Both the position numbers and the translations under genes were made by a program. Shown one piece after another: positions 26,396 through 39,567 of a stretch of 64,000 bases of DNA (positions are counted from its first letter, which is position 1; every line of letters begins with the position of its first letter). The stretch comes from Diadema antillarum (Eukaryota), in assembly GCF_040938485.1 (NCBI RefSeq), contig NW_027271309.1, positions 372,001 through 436,000 of the forward strand, written 5' to 3'. Under the pieces are notes generated by a model. That model was not told the origin of the DNA. It worked only from the letters and a program-made list of their open reading frames with translations, and made no database searches.

Positions 26396-26857
26396 AATCA
26401 TTTTTGTTAAAATGCAGCATGGATTCACTGAATGGAAAGATTGACCTGTTAATACAACCACAACAAATAACAGTCAAATATGCAAGCTGACAACATGTTA
26501 TGTGTTATCTTATCATGTGGCAGATATAACCATGGGCGGCACAAAGTTTTGAGCACCGGTTACGTCACACACAGCACTGCATGGCTTTACGAAACCAAGA
26601 AACAACAAATGCGACTGTTCCTAAGCTGCTAAGTAGATTTCCACTGCTCCATTTCCACAACTGCAGTCTACATGCACACTAAAAACAGGCACCGTGGGAA
26701 AATTCTGGAAGTTAGGGCATTGTGAGATGTAGTAAGCATTTTATTATGTTTGTAATGAAGACACAACAATGGGATTAGAGCTGTTAGAATCAAGATAGAT
26801 TTCAGCCAATCTGCTTAGCAGCAAAGCTATTTAAGAGAGACGACTGGTCGAGTGTCT

Positions 26858-26859
<2 letters not shown>

Positions 26860-26907
<48 letters not shown>
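26860..26907. repeat. (TG)n microsatellite followed by G10
   Basis: Seen directly. Confidence 0.95.
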
Positions 26908-26911
<4 letters not shown>

Positions 26912-27060
26912 ATGGGGGGGGGGCAACCCTACTCAATGCATACAAACTATTTGGATTGAGGTTAGGTCCACTTGAAGGGATTAACAAATACAGGGAATCA
27001 GAGAAAACAGATTTCTTGGAGTGGCCTTGAGTTTATTCAGTCCCACCAGTCATTCTACCC

Positions 27061-27530
27061 ATCTACTGCAGAGACACCACCACTCCAGCAAAGGCGAATC
27101 CTGCTGATAAACTGCCTAACTGTGTGACAGAGCCCCTCCCCTCCCCCTCCATCACATCTTCCACACCATCAGAGGGAAATAGGCAGCAGCCGCCTAACTG
27201 TGTGAATACTGCCACTACATGTGCACATGACTGCACGGCGCTGCCTTCTTTTGTCTCAGGGATCAATTCATACAGGATGTGTGTGTGTGTGTGTTTCCCC
27301 CTTTTCTAACTGTTAACTGTGTGGCTTGCACAGATAGTTCTTAAGACTGTCAGTGATGACAGTGATTTTGGTACATGGACACATGCAGCAGTCTCTTGCA
27401 AAGACAATCCAACTGAAGATGGTACGGGATTACATGTTAACATGGAAACACTGAAGAAGATACCTGGAGGCCGAGACTTTGCAAGGTGCAACGATGTGCA
27501 TGAAATTATCTCTCAAGAGTTTTCCCATTG
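27061..27530 (+). mobile_element. Decayed non-LTR RT N-terminal fragment (Rex1/CR1-like)
   Basis: AKANPADKLPNCV (cf. KAxGPDxIP), LPSP..SEG, INSYR (cf. NYR), then after a (TG)n interruption PTEDGTGLH..PGGRDFAR (cf. STEDA..LH..G..VR). Aligned by eye. Confidence 0.45.
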
Positions 27531-28675
27531 AACAGTAGACGGCTCCTTGAAAACTTCTACGTCAAGCTCCAAGGAGCAAACATTTTCACACGTCCTCCAT
27601 ATTTACCACAGAAACTTTGAGACCGAAAAAAAAAATGAACAGAATCGTGCACACACATACACACATAGAAAAAAAAAATGCATCCAGCTCCGTGCTGATA
27701 AAATCTCTTTAATAGAGCATAACATTTAGGGTCAAGTACAAATATTTCAAGGCAAGCTGCCAACTCGTTACTCTCTTCTCCAAATCATTCGATTTTCACT
27801 CGGAATCCGCCAGTCCTTCATCACTCCCGACCTGAGCTAAGAAAGTGTCACGTCATCATGGGAAACTCCGCTTACGTTTGGCACATAAGTAAACGAATAT
27901 CACTCGATTCATAGTATGTACTGCCCTTGTGACATTTGTTGGAGAGAGAGTCACCATCAAATGCTTGTCTTGTGTATCAGTCTGCACCAGTCATTATCCC
28001 TCATTTACACCCCAATTGCTTGGTAAATACCCAGCATTCATAATTGACTGCATCCATACAAATTGGGGCTTGGCCTTTTCAACTGACAATAATTCATGAA
28101 TTGATCACAAGCTAATATAGCATCCCCCCCCCGCTGCACCCACAAAGCAAGAGTCCAGTTGATGAAAACATGCTCACAAGTAGTTACTCTTGTGTTGACG
28201 GCTGCTATGAGTGAGCGCCAAAAGACTCCCCTCTCTCTCCCTCCCATCTAACACACTTCCTTATGCTCAGTGAATTATTGATCTTAAATTGTCCTACTTT
28301 CATTTGCTTATAGGTGTCCTCATTTTTGTCTTACAGATGCATGAATGATTTAAGTCATCTTTTGCTGTTGGGGCAAAATATGAAATCAATGATTGTGGCA
28401 AACATATTTTGCAGCATGACCTTGAAGGTCCCTGAACAGATAAATGAATGTATGTGTATATGTGTATATGTGTGGGTGCATATGTGTGCGCATGTTTGTG
28501 TATGTGGGTGTATCTTCTGTCTCAATTCATGTATGTGTGTCTCAATTGATACCTTTGTTAATTTCTATTTACATGTGCGGAAATGTTACTTAAGGAATTA
28601 TTTTTTGTTATGTTGTACAGTAATACCAAACTGAATTGTTTTTGGTGTCATTTGAATGGAAGTGAATAATTATTA

Positions 28676-29167
28676 TTATATAACGCCTGAAGAGATCCCT
28701 GTCATTTGATTGGTTGTTTGACATTGATCATTTGGCCCATTTCACTACGACGTCATCATCCGTGCAATTGTGGCTCCATTTACCGTGCAATTTGGATCTA
28801 TACGATTTGCTCCATTGCACGCTCACCGAGAGCCCGGCACACTACGCGTGTAAAACGCTTGAATTTGCAGTGTGTGTATGCGACAGCGCGCTACCGTAAA
28901 GCGCTCAGTGAGCACTCTCGCGATCTCAGATTCTCTCTTGTCTCTAAATTAATAAAACATGAAATGACAAGGATCTATTTAAGACGTTATATAAAACAAA
29001 TAATAAATGTTTTTTATTCGTGCAATGGACAGAATATTTCATTCGATGAAAGATGAAATGTTTGATCCATTCAACGAGGCGCAGCCGCGTTGAATGGATC
29101 ATTTCATCTTGCACCTCATGAAATATTCCATCCATTGCACTCATAAACATTCATTATTTGTATATTA
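28676..29167. mobile_element. Non-autonomous element 1 with short internal inverted repeats and a terminal ~180-bp hairpin
   Basis: TTATATAACG (28676-28685) is inverted as CGTTATATAA (28985-28994). An imperfect palindrome follows at 28987-29166, centred on gatccattcaacg-aggcgcagcc-gcgttgaatggatc. Confidence 0.7.
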
Positions 29168-29776
29168 TACAACACCTAAAAAGAATGTAGCTATCAGATT
29201 GGTTGACTGCCCATCACGTGACAATCAGTTAAAAGTTCCATCGCATGCTGGGGCTGTCAGCCTTGCAATTTTGCTTGAGCAAAAATGGATAGTGCATGGC
29301 TGACGTCACCCATTTCCATTGACTCCCGTGTTAAACTCAGGATTGACTCGAAGTTTTGGTTCCATCGCACGGTTCTGATGTCACAATAAACAAACATTTA
29401 CAAACGCGCTTACAAGCGCATACTTTTGTCAATCATTTTTTAAAACAACTTCAACCAATTGGTTTTGTGTGCGTACATAAACGGTGACTGTGACTGTGAC
29501 TGTGTGGGCTACTCATTCATCTTTCACGGAAAATGGTTGCCATTTCTGTGCTAAATTCAAGAATCTGTGTGGACCACATCTGTTGACGTTCGAGGTGTAT
29601 ATAAAACGAATAGTGTATGGTCTTTACTCGTGCAATGGAACAAGATTTCGCACTCGGTGAAAGATGAGGCGCACTATTCAATTCAGCTTCGCCTTGTTGA
29701 ATAGAGCGCCTCTATCTTTCACCTTGTGCGAAATCCTGTACCATCGCACTTGTGACCATTCACTATTTGTATACTA
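29165..29776. mobile_element. Non-autonomous element 2, same architecture, head-to-tail with element 1
   Basis: TTATACAACACC (29165-29176) versus GGTGTATATAA (29594-29604). A hairpin follows at ~29598-29776, centred on ctattcaa-ttcagcttcgccttg-ttgaatag. Its arms resemble those of element 1, but the interior differs. Confidence 0.65.
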
Positions 29777-30545
29777 AAAAATACACCTTTGTTTGTCAGT
29801 GTGTGTGTGTGTGTGTGCACAAACAGATAACTCTAATTTTGAAATATGGTATTCTGCAGACATTCATGACAAGCTAATTTTGCCTCATGAAACTTTGATT
29901 CAAGTGTGCTTTTTGAAGAGAGCAGCTACAAATTTGTAAATGACATGTTAGTCACTTAAGATTACAAATACTGACGGACTGAAATATGAGGCTGGTTTCT
30001 CAAGGCTTAGCTTGACATCATATTTTGTATGATTTGTGTTATGCTACAGATGCCCACCCCTTCCCCCTCCCCCTCTCCCCCTTTCCACCCCCCCCCCCCC
30101 CAAAAAAAAAGGGGGGGGGGGAAGAGATGACATAAAATATGAATTAGACAGGAAAGCTAACAAACACAAACAAATAAACAAATGGAGGGTAGATGACAGA
30201 AAAACTGCCCCGGCATTTGAGATATTGACAGACGCCAAAATCATTTGGAGGATGCCGCAAATATTTGATTGACAGTTGAAGAGATGGAAAGGAGGAGCGT
30301 GTCCCAGCACATTCCTCGACTCCCTGGGCAGAAATTTGAGAGGCCGAAAACATGCAACCCTTCTGTTTCTTGGTGGGATGTGTGGATATCTCTCATAGTT
30401 AACCCCTGGTCTTGGTTCTGGACATCATCCTGTGAAATAGACTCAAGTCTTTTTCTTGTAAAGAAACATGTCAAGATGCTGTAATTGTGCCCCTCCCCTG
30501 CCCCCTATCATACAAATAAACAAAAGATATACAAAACTAACTATA

Positions 30546-30778
30546 CAGGGCTCAACATCAGCAGTGGCCCGATGGTCCGGGCCCACTAAAAATTAGTGTT
30601 GGCCACAAAATGTATCTCTTGGTGGCCCAATCGGGTAACTAAGATTCAAAATGGATTGTTATTTTTTATTTTTATGTCGGGCCATTTCATATCTTTTCCA
30701 GGCCACCAAAATTTCTGATTAAAAATTTCTTAGTGGCCTGACCGGGCCACCAGACAAAAAACTTAGTGTCAAGCCCTA
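30546..30778. mobile_element. MITE with CAGGGCT...AGCCCT termini (hAT-like)
   Basis: Left end CAGGGCTCAACA versus right-end reverse complement TAGGGCTTGACA (9/12). A related copy lies at 7770-8006. No 8-bp TSD seen, so the superfamily call is inference. Confidence 0.65.
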
Positions 30779-31819
30779 AAGTACTTAGATAGCAACTGGT
30801 ACCATTTCATTTGAGATACTGACATATTGTTTTCTAGTATGGTGTTGTGATCAGATTGAAGGAAAATTAAGCAAATCTTATCCTCCACTATGTATTCAAT
30901 ATATCATAAGATATATGTCCAAATATATCTACATATCAGTGAAATATCTCCAAATGTATCTATCCAACACATGTATTTTAGGCGAATGTCATGGGTGAAT
31001 AATTTCTCTGCAATAATTCATCCATGATCCAAAGTAGATTATTCCAAAGTAAACTATTGAGTTAATCCATTCAGAAGTAAAATTCCACACTTTGACCTGT
31101 AAATTGGCTTTGCAGAGGACACAACTACAACACATCTGTACACCGAGTTTCGATTGAATCTTGCCCTGTACTTCTAAAGTTACAGGAAAGATGATAGCAA
31201 AATGTGAGTATTTGATCTTGACTGGGAAGTCAATATTCATACTAATACTTCAAGCTGCTCATACATTGACGAAGAAATATCCATGTACAGACAGAGATAT
31301 GAAAAAAAAAAAACTAGGAAAAAAAACACTTGAAAAATGTTTCTGTATGAAATGCATGCGGTTAAGGGAATTTGTGTGTGTTTTCTGAAGAGAGTGTTCT
31401 ATCAAGTGATGGTTCTACCACACCACAGAAAGGCACAAAAAACCAACACTCCTGATTTCAAGACATCGTGTCTAAGTCAACCTAGGCTTTGAAATGAGAC
31501 TGAACTGGCACTATGAAATTAATCAACTTCACCCAATAGGCAGCCATCTTTCATTGACTATGCTAGACACTGAGGAATATTTTTGGACTACACTTGATAC
31601 AAATGAATGTACTCATTACTAGAAATCATAATTTCACTCGTAAAACCCCTGCCGGAGCTGCGGAGATAGGGAATCGACATTGCTCACTGCAAGTGTATAA
31701 TACATGCTCCTTGACTGAAAAACTGATTACTCAAATGCAAACCACTAGATAATTATCTACGGTCCATTAAGAGTGTCCCCAGAGACCGACATGGTTAGGA
31801 AGCCAAGCACCAAGAGATG

Positions 31820-32120
31820 GACAACGCAAGACAGAAGGTAGGACAGCACGCAGGGATAGAATTGAAAGACAGAGCGAAAACCACCACGGACAGGTGAAGG
31901 ACAGAGCGAAGGACAAAGCAATGAAAGAATGACTGACAGGGCAAGGGACAGAGCAGATGATGAAGAAAAGGACAGAGTAAGGGACAAGACAAGATTGAAG
32001 CAGAACAAAAACGAATCAGAACGAAGAACAAGGCAAAAAGAAATGCAAAGGAAAGAGCAAAGAACAAGGTGAAGACCACACAGAACAGAGCAAGAACAGA
32101 GTAGAGGTCAAGAGAAAAGG
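31820..32120. repeat. Degenerate purine-rich minisatellite (~12-bp unit, GACAGAGC core)
   Basis: Recurrent gacagagcg/gacagagca/gacagagta/aacagagca with very few T on the + strand. Confidence 0.7.
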
Positions 32121-35100
32121 ATAGGAGTGTAGGAACCCCATAAAAGTAAAACAAACAAACAAAAATGATTGTCTGCAGGAGAAGAGCTAGAGCAATGGAA
32201 TCAAAGCATAAAACAAAGCACTGGACATGCATAGTATTATGATACAACCAGATTTACTGAGAAATGTCTTGATTCCTCTACAATGTATATCACAAGTGCA
32301 TCATGTACTTATTTGTCACTTTCACAACCTCCTCTTAATTTGTCTTCCCACATAAAGGGACAGAGAGGCATTACAAGGTACATTTTTCCACTCAAAAAGA
32401 ATTATGGAAGGTATTGATCAGAAAAGGAAGGAAAAAGCCCAAATCTGTTTTTCTCTTGTTGCTGACTCACGACATCAAACTAATCAGCTCTCGAACATGA
32501 GGTGACAGGTATTCATGGCAAGCTCATAGGCCTCCTTTGATTTTTTTTTTCCTTTCATTAAAGTAAAGAAATTGATTTCTCTTGTCAGGGAAGATGTATA
32601 ATGGGAAGCCAACGAATGTCCATAATGGGTTTATGGAAATGCTTTGGGGGAATGTGAAACTGACTTTTCATGCGGAAAATGGCATGGGGAGAAGTCTACA
32701 GATTATACATATGAAAGTCAGGTGATAACAGGTGCTATTTTGCACAGTCAAGCAAAATTTGCATGCTCATATCGTTTGCTGAATCATTTGTTACACATAA
32801 TTCCTATTGTTACTGATGTGTTGCACTTATTTTAATTAGTCATGCAAATTTCAGGTTTGGTAATGAGTTTTCTATGAGAATGAAAAAGTTTCTGACCCCA
32901 CCTCCATGAAAAATGATAATGAAAAGAAAAATAGCCCACCACGAGACAAAAGAGTTGGGTTTTTCACAGAGATTTAGAACAAGCAGAAAAGTCATCACAA
33001 AAAGAAGAAATTGTTGGAAGAAAGAACTCACTTCTCACAAAATGGAGAAAAACAAAGCAAGGACAGCAGTAAGGACAAGTGAGCTAAAGACAGAACCATC
33101 AGTCATGGATTCCAGGCCTGGCCAGAGCACTCATGTATCATGCAGGACTTGATTAACATTTCACTTAGACCCCATTCATAATTCATTAGCAGTGTGGCAA
33201 GGGTTGCCACCTAGTTAGTGCCCCACACATAAACAGGACACACTACCCTAGCCAACACGGCCCAAGATTTGCATCATGCTATTCTCATTAATATATTTAT
33301 CATCATTACTTTCTTTGCAAGGGGGGGGGGGGGGGGGGGGGAGTAGAATGTTTAAGAACAAATAGAGATCTACACCTTTCTTTCTGCAGAGTAATTTGCC
33401 AGTGGTGATCGGTGTCATAAACGTTGCATTTCTGGTCCACTTTTCACTGTAATACTGCAGACTGATTAATGAATAACATGTTTGGTTTGAAGAGCTTTTC
33501 AATTTTTGCCTACTTTGGATGTGAAAAGGACAGAAGCTCAGGGCGGGCTACCTCGACTCTAAACCAGTGCAATACCAGCAAATCTAGAAATATTTCACGG
33601 CACTGATTAGTGATAATGGCTGATGCCCCTGAAATACAAGAGCATCAACAAGACATCCATAGTATGATATGGATTTACATATATCCTCTTTACTTTAGAT
33701 AGCTGTTTCTTTTTTTTTGTGTGTGTGTGTGATGAAAGAAGGTGAGACTGCAGACCAATACTTGCTATTGAGGACCAAGCTTTAGAGCGCAGTTATAATC
33801 GCACCTCCACGAGTTTCCTCCCTTTCATCATCAAGCTCCTAATTAACAGATTCTCTGGCAGCACTGGACAGTAATTGCCCCTCTGCTATTTGGTAATGAA
33901 TGCAGCCATAGAAGTACATGTGCTCAGTTTGCTCACACCAGCAAAGATTACATAACTTCTGCCCTATACAAGAGTTTTGAAAAAACCCTTTAAATGCTCA
34001 TAACTTTCAAAGGTTAATACTTCTGCATTACAAATAAACTTTTTCCTCCCATTTTCAAGATGACGATATACAAATGCACACCTTCATCCTCCTTAACACC
34101 ACCATTAAACAATTATACACATTTTGGCACATATTATTGTAGAAATAATATCATAGATTCATTTTCACACTGACAACCTTGGGCTATGTTCAACCCTGTG
34201 CCACTGAAATAAGTTAATGTCAGTGTGGCATAGAGCAGTAGTAACTAATTGTACTTTGTGCTTTTTCTCACAGGGACTTGCAAAAATAAGAGTCTTTTGA
34301 TGGCTACATATACCAAATTTTCCACAGCTGAAATAATTTTGTGAGCACAGTAAACACTGAGCTCAGTGACATCCACTGATGAGATATATAGCAAAACTGA
34401 GAGAACATGAAAATAAGTCATCAGAGAGCGAACACTTTATAAGCTGCCATGTCCCCCTTGTATTCCTTTTTTTTTTTTTTTTTGCCTACAGATATACCTT
34501 GATGATTATGACGTGTCTTCATGTTGAACATTTTTGTTTTCTTCTCATGCTTTCTGGTGATACTGTTTTCCCCTTTACCCATAGACATATCTCTAATAAA
34601 TCCCACAGCATCGTAACTCGGTTGAGACAAATGTATGTCCGACGCCAAAATATACCAGGTGGCTGGTGTATTAATATAGCTGACAGGTTTGGTTGACAAA
34701 CTTCCTTTCAAAACTACCTGCCATCAATCAATCGATACACTGGGAAATGGCTATGTCTGTGTCATCCCGATCAAAATATCGAGTGACCTTGCCCTACCCC
34801 TTCAAACGTCAAAATGCACCTGATTGAACAACAAGCAGGAAATATCACATCTCTGTTTATTCATGGATAATAGACACTCTGACTTGATGCCCATCTATTA
34901 ATGTATTCGTAGCCTTAGCATGTAACATTGTCCACACTAAATACACTCCTCACGTCCATCTTTTAATAGCTTGTAGCTTCCGCTGTACCATTGTCTTGAG
35001 TGTACTACCTTCCTATACTTTTCAGTATATAATTTTCTTCCCAGTGTTACCTCCTCCATTCTCAACAAGTCGGCACAGATGCTTTTGTTTAACGAGACTG

Positions 35101-35436
35101 AAGGGTCATCCATCATGACCTTTTCTCTGCTACCTGTCTGCTCAGAGAGCTCTTGTAACGCACTTGGAATAATATCATAAAATATGCATACATATCTGCA
35201 TATCAAGGACAATTTGTGGTTCTTCCATACTGAATACACATGTATGTATGGATGTTTCGTATACCGTCCTTCCACGTACTGCACTGAAAACAATGGTTAA
35301 GATAAAACTGTCACTGTCTGTAACTACATGTCAACATGAAATGTATTCTATATAAAAAAAAAAAATTGAGATCTTTTTTCAGCTTGGCATGTATAAAACA
35401 AACAAACAAACAAATGACAACAAACAGACAAGAAGA

Positions 35437-35600
35437 TCAGACGCTGCCTAGATTCTCACTACGCTTCAAAGATCCACAGTAGAAGATTAACTTGCTAGAA
35501 TCCACAAATGGTATGTCCTTGACAGGTATACCTATTCCCTTTGCTCCTTTAGATTTCATAGAAACAAAAACTGGTGATAGCTCCTCCAGTACCATGGTAG
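35437..35600 (-). mobile_element. Probable LINE ORF2 domain-0 remnant within the 132-aa ORF
   Basis: VLEELSPVFVSMKSKGAKGIGIPVKDI...LIFYCGSL resembles EEVxxxIxSLKxxxAxGxDxIPxKxL...LxxIFNxSL. Confidence 0.4.
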
Positions 35601-38600
35601 AGTATAACATATCACCCTCTAGTTGTTGTTGTTGTTTTTTACTTTCCTCAGCTTCTTCCCCCTTTGGATGTAGAAACTGTAATGGCAAGACCAATTTGAG
35701 GTTGGGTTCAGGCCTCATCGATTGGTTGGGAGAGCGTACTGTTTTCTCCAACATGGAGGGCATGCATTTATCAATGGGCCGGTGTTGAGCACCACCTTTC
35801 CCATGCTTGGTGCAAGGCTGATGTGGCCATGTCAATCTTTAAAGGTTATGTCTAAGTGTCCATTGTCATGCAAAGCACATGAATGTCTACACTGACTGTG
35901 CTTTTAATGATATAAATGTCATGCATTTTTAAAGAGACGCATATCCCTTTGCTCACAATAGCGAGCTTTAGATCTGGGATGCGAACGCAAAGCCGAAGCA
36001 GCCTCCCGGGTTGGACAATGAAGACAGTTGTCTAGCACACTTGCCAATTTTTGCCTAGTTAGCGTTGTCTTAGCGGTCGCGTTGCAGATCTAAAGCACAC
36101 TGTTAGCCTGTCTGAGAGGAAATTTAGCAACAGAACTTACAAACAAAATATTGCATAATTGTGAAAAAAAAAATATGAACATGGATTGTGAATTAATACA
36201 CAAGACAAAAACTACATTACAAAATTATTTCAAAGTAGACAGAGAATACTTGCACATGGACGTTTAAATGAGTGAGGCTGTAGTTATATAAGGATGCCAT
36301 GCTACCTTTAAGGCAGGGCCAAAAAAGACTGAGCAAGCCTGGGGGCCAGTCAACACGAGATGGCTGGAGCGGGCCGCGCTCCGCTCTAAATGTCAACAGC
36401 AGCCTACCTGATTCGGCCGGGCTGCAATCCGTCATTTACCCACCTTATTAGCTCACCTTTTTAGGGGTTGGGTGCATCCCATCACACTACGCGCACATCT
36501 CGCTATAATAATGGTATCATTTATGGAACCACGCACTCAACAAAGGGGGGTTTGGGGGTGAATGGGGTTGTAAGATTTACCTTCTCTGTGATATAACCAT
36601 CTAATATGTCCCCCCCCCCCCCCCCCAGTCGTTAATTGCCCTGTTTTTATTTCAACAAAGAAGGACAGGGAAATAAGACCCAAAGCATCCTGACAGAATA
36701 TGACAACTTGAACAGTTTGTTCACATCAGCTCCGGATAACACCAATGAGAAAGTCACTCATATAATGTCTACTGCGAAGTATTTGCTGGTTTTTTTTGTT
36801 TTGTTTTACTCGAATAGATACAGCATGTTGCCATAAATAGTACAATCTGCACCGAAGCATTTACTTGGTCTGTTTCTGCAGCTTTGATGTGGCAGCGGAC
36901 ACTCGTTTCAGAATGAGAAGACTTCTGTAACAGGGTACGCACAGCGTGACCCAATTTAATTCTGTAGCTGTTTTAACAGGACACATCGGAAGCCCTCCTC
37001 AGGGGATTAGGGCATGGCTAAAAAGGGCATCGGCATAACAAACCAACCCTTCGAACTGTGCTCATGACAACAACTGGAAGGAAATTCTGCAGCAACTGAA
37101 AAGTGAATGAAGCAGTCAAATAGTGAGGATGTGTGTCACAGGTTACATTGGCATCATCATCTCACGAACAGACACACAAGGATTAAATGCTAGAGTAACA
37201 CATGCATACACACCTGGACATACAGACACACATTTACATACGCACACACGTGTCCATTAATACAAACAAACATGTTTAGAGCCCAGAACTGCACAGATGA
37301 GGGTGGACATTTCTCTTGTTACTTCACAGGCCTGGGATGCCAGAGCAAAGTTTTGCAAAACTTCCTTTAAAAAGAATAATAAAATCAACTGGTTAACTCC
37401 CATAGTTCATTTGCTGAACAATTATGAGTCCACTCCACATTATATAAACACATAATGAGACTGGTTTTCCAAGCATAACCAAACCGTTACATGAAGATTA
37501 TCCATCATACCACCCAAAAACAGAAGTAGGCAAGTCTCATTCTGAGCTAATGGAACTCCTCGCAAGACACGGTGCCACGTGCACGGTGAGCATCAACCTT
37601 TAATTCACCAGAACCCTTGATGCAGCTGAGAAATTGGGTCGAGCATTTGAGAAGAGACAAGTGTGAACACAAATGTTCCCCTTATTTTTTTTTTTTTTCT
37701 TCTTCTTCTTCCCTGCCTTTCCTAATGCAGCGAGGAGCCCAGGGCGATATCCAGGTGAGACAAGAACGTCATGGGAAGTGTGGCACGATGAATGAATGAA
37801 GCAGTCAAAGAAGCTGCATAATCAACGCGCTGCACGTACGCAACCAGAGTAAAGAGAAAGGAGGTGGGGCATTCCTCACTTAGGCAGAAACAAGCAATAT
37901 GCCACACAAGTGTGTACAGCTGACTGAATGACTTCACTCCTATTTGAATTTCATGCGAATGAAGAGCTAAGAATACGCTTCAAATATCATTCTTGGCCAA
38001 AATTATAATGGTAACAAACACAGAACACTAAGACTGTGCAGTACAAAACTTTTTTGCACAAATTCCATCATGCATGAGTTACATATGATGCATTCGAAAT
38101 TGCGAGCAAAAGCAATAGTATACTTAATGATGATGAGTGTAATAAAATCTGAGAGTTCTGAACTGACCCTGCTGTAATCCTCACACTCTATACATGACAC
38201 TCTCATTCCCTTTCCCTTCACACAAATGCAAGATCAAAAGAAATAATTTTCTTGGCATTTTGCATGGCTCATGAACAACAACTTGTCTGACACTTATCAA
38301 CAGAGAACAAGCGCAGATAGTGCTAGGGCACAGGGTACATGCGCTGATCGGTTGATAAAAGTTTCATCTCATGGTGGTTCATGCTATCCGTATGCACCCA
38401 GTATGAACTTGCTGGGGAAGTGGCTTGCATAATAAAAGGTTACGAAAGATACAAGTCAACATGCTCAAATCAAATATGCCACAAATACTGGATTAACACA
38501 TTGTAAGTTCCAAATGCGCATTACCAGATGTGTTCTCACACACATGCTTCAGCTGACAGAATATATACTAGTCAATGATTAACTGTTGCACGTTGTTTGA

Positions 38601-38884
38601 ATTGTAAATCAAAGAATTACAACGACTTGTTATGATGAAGAAGTATCTATGAATTATTGTCACAACAAAACAATTGTCAATAGCTTGGTATCTAGGTTTT
38701 TTTCTTTTCTTTTCAATAAAATGTCATGTACTTCATATATTTGCAGTTATTGAATCCAAGATATGGCATCCTAGAAATGCATACCAGGTAGTGACACCTG
38801 CCTAAAAGCCTGTCAACTATTGACGACGCGGCTTCAATCTCCACACACTCCAGAAAGGTGTCAACTCTCACAGTCATTGTCATC

Positions 38885-39103
38885 AGAAAATTTCCACAAC
38901 ATTTCATCATGTCCTTGGTAACCACTCTCAACAGGGGGAAAATGACTGCTGACACACATCTACATACAAAGCCACTCCATCTGTCAGGATAGCAACACTG
39001 ATATTTTTCTCTTCTCGCACTCCTTAACAAGCAGGGAGACTCCACGCTTATTGAAACCCACTTGTGGGTCCATTGACAGTACACTCCATTCAGAGAAGGA
39101 ACT
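38885..39103 (+). mobile_element. Possible decayed non-LTR RT domain 1-2 fragment
   Basis: One frame reads RKFPQHFIMSLVTTLNRGK...YFSLL...QYTPFREG, against GxFPxxWKxAxVTPLxKKG..PISLL..QYGFRxG. Confidence 0.35.
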
Positions 39104-39372
39104 AATGAAAATTGTAAAAAAGAAAAGAAAGAAACGTAACACATTCCGCAAACACTCCACACAAACTGCAAGCACTTCATGTCTTTCTGTATTGTCACTC
39201 ACTCTAAGAAGATGTCATACACACAATAACTAAGATGGGTCACAAGGGTTTCCAAGTTATTTTCACACAGCGTACATTTGTTTCCCAAAGATAAGACCAG
39301 AGGTTTCAAAACAAGGCATGTTCATAGAAAAAAAACAAGAAGCAAGGTTAGCTCAAAAGGAAAGTTACTCAC

Positions 39373-39567
39373 CAACTAGGTTGAAGCCATAGGCAGCATA
39401 TGCCGCAGCAGTTCCGGCCACAGCCCCAGCCCTGGCCCCAGCCATGGCTGCTGCAGCGATGCCCTTCCTGGGTCTACCAGCTCTCTGTGAGGTCTTCTTG
39501 ACTCCGCCCGAGCCCTGCTTGGTCCAGTGACCACGCCCTAATCGCTGCTTGCCTGCTGGAGAATGGT
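39373..39567 (-). CDS. Internal coding exon (195 nt, phase 1-1) with an AT-hook-like AGRPRKG and an Ala-rich stretch
   Basis: Acceptor ctccctgtttctttgtcgcag|ACCATT and donor GTTG|gtgagt. GC-rich and open: (D)HSPAGKQRLGRGHWTKQGSGGVKKTSQRAGRPRKGIAAAAMAGARAGAVAGTAAAYAAYGFNLV(G). In phase with the exons on both sides. Confidence 0.85.

Noticed and set aside
31882-31893. CACCACGGACAG match to the REST/RE1 core
   Set aside because: It lacks the TTCAG left half and sits inside a GACAG-rich repeat.
31795-32247. 150-aa hydrophobic 'membrane protein' ORF
   Set aside because: It is the translation of the pyrimidine strand of a purine-rich minisatellite.
35437-35835. 132-aa ORF as an alternative terminal exon of the host gene
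   Set aside because: No good phase-1 acceptor, a length reachable by chance in 64 kb, and a C-terminal half resembling LINE ORF2.
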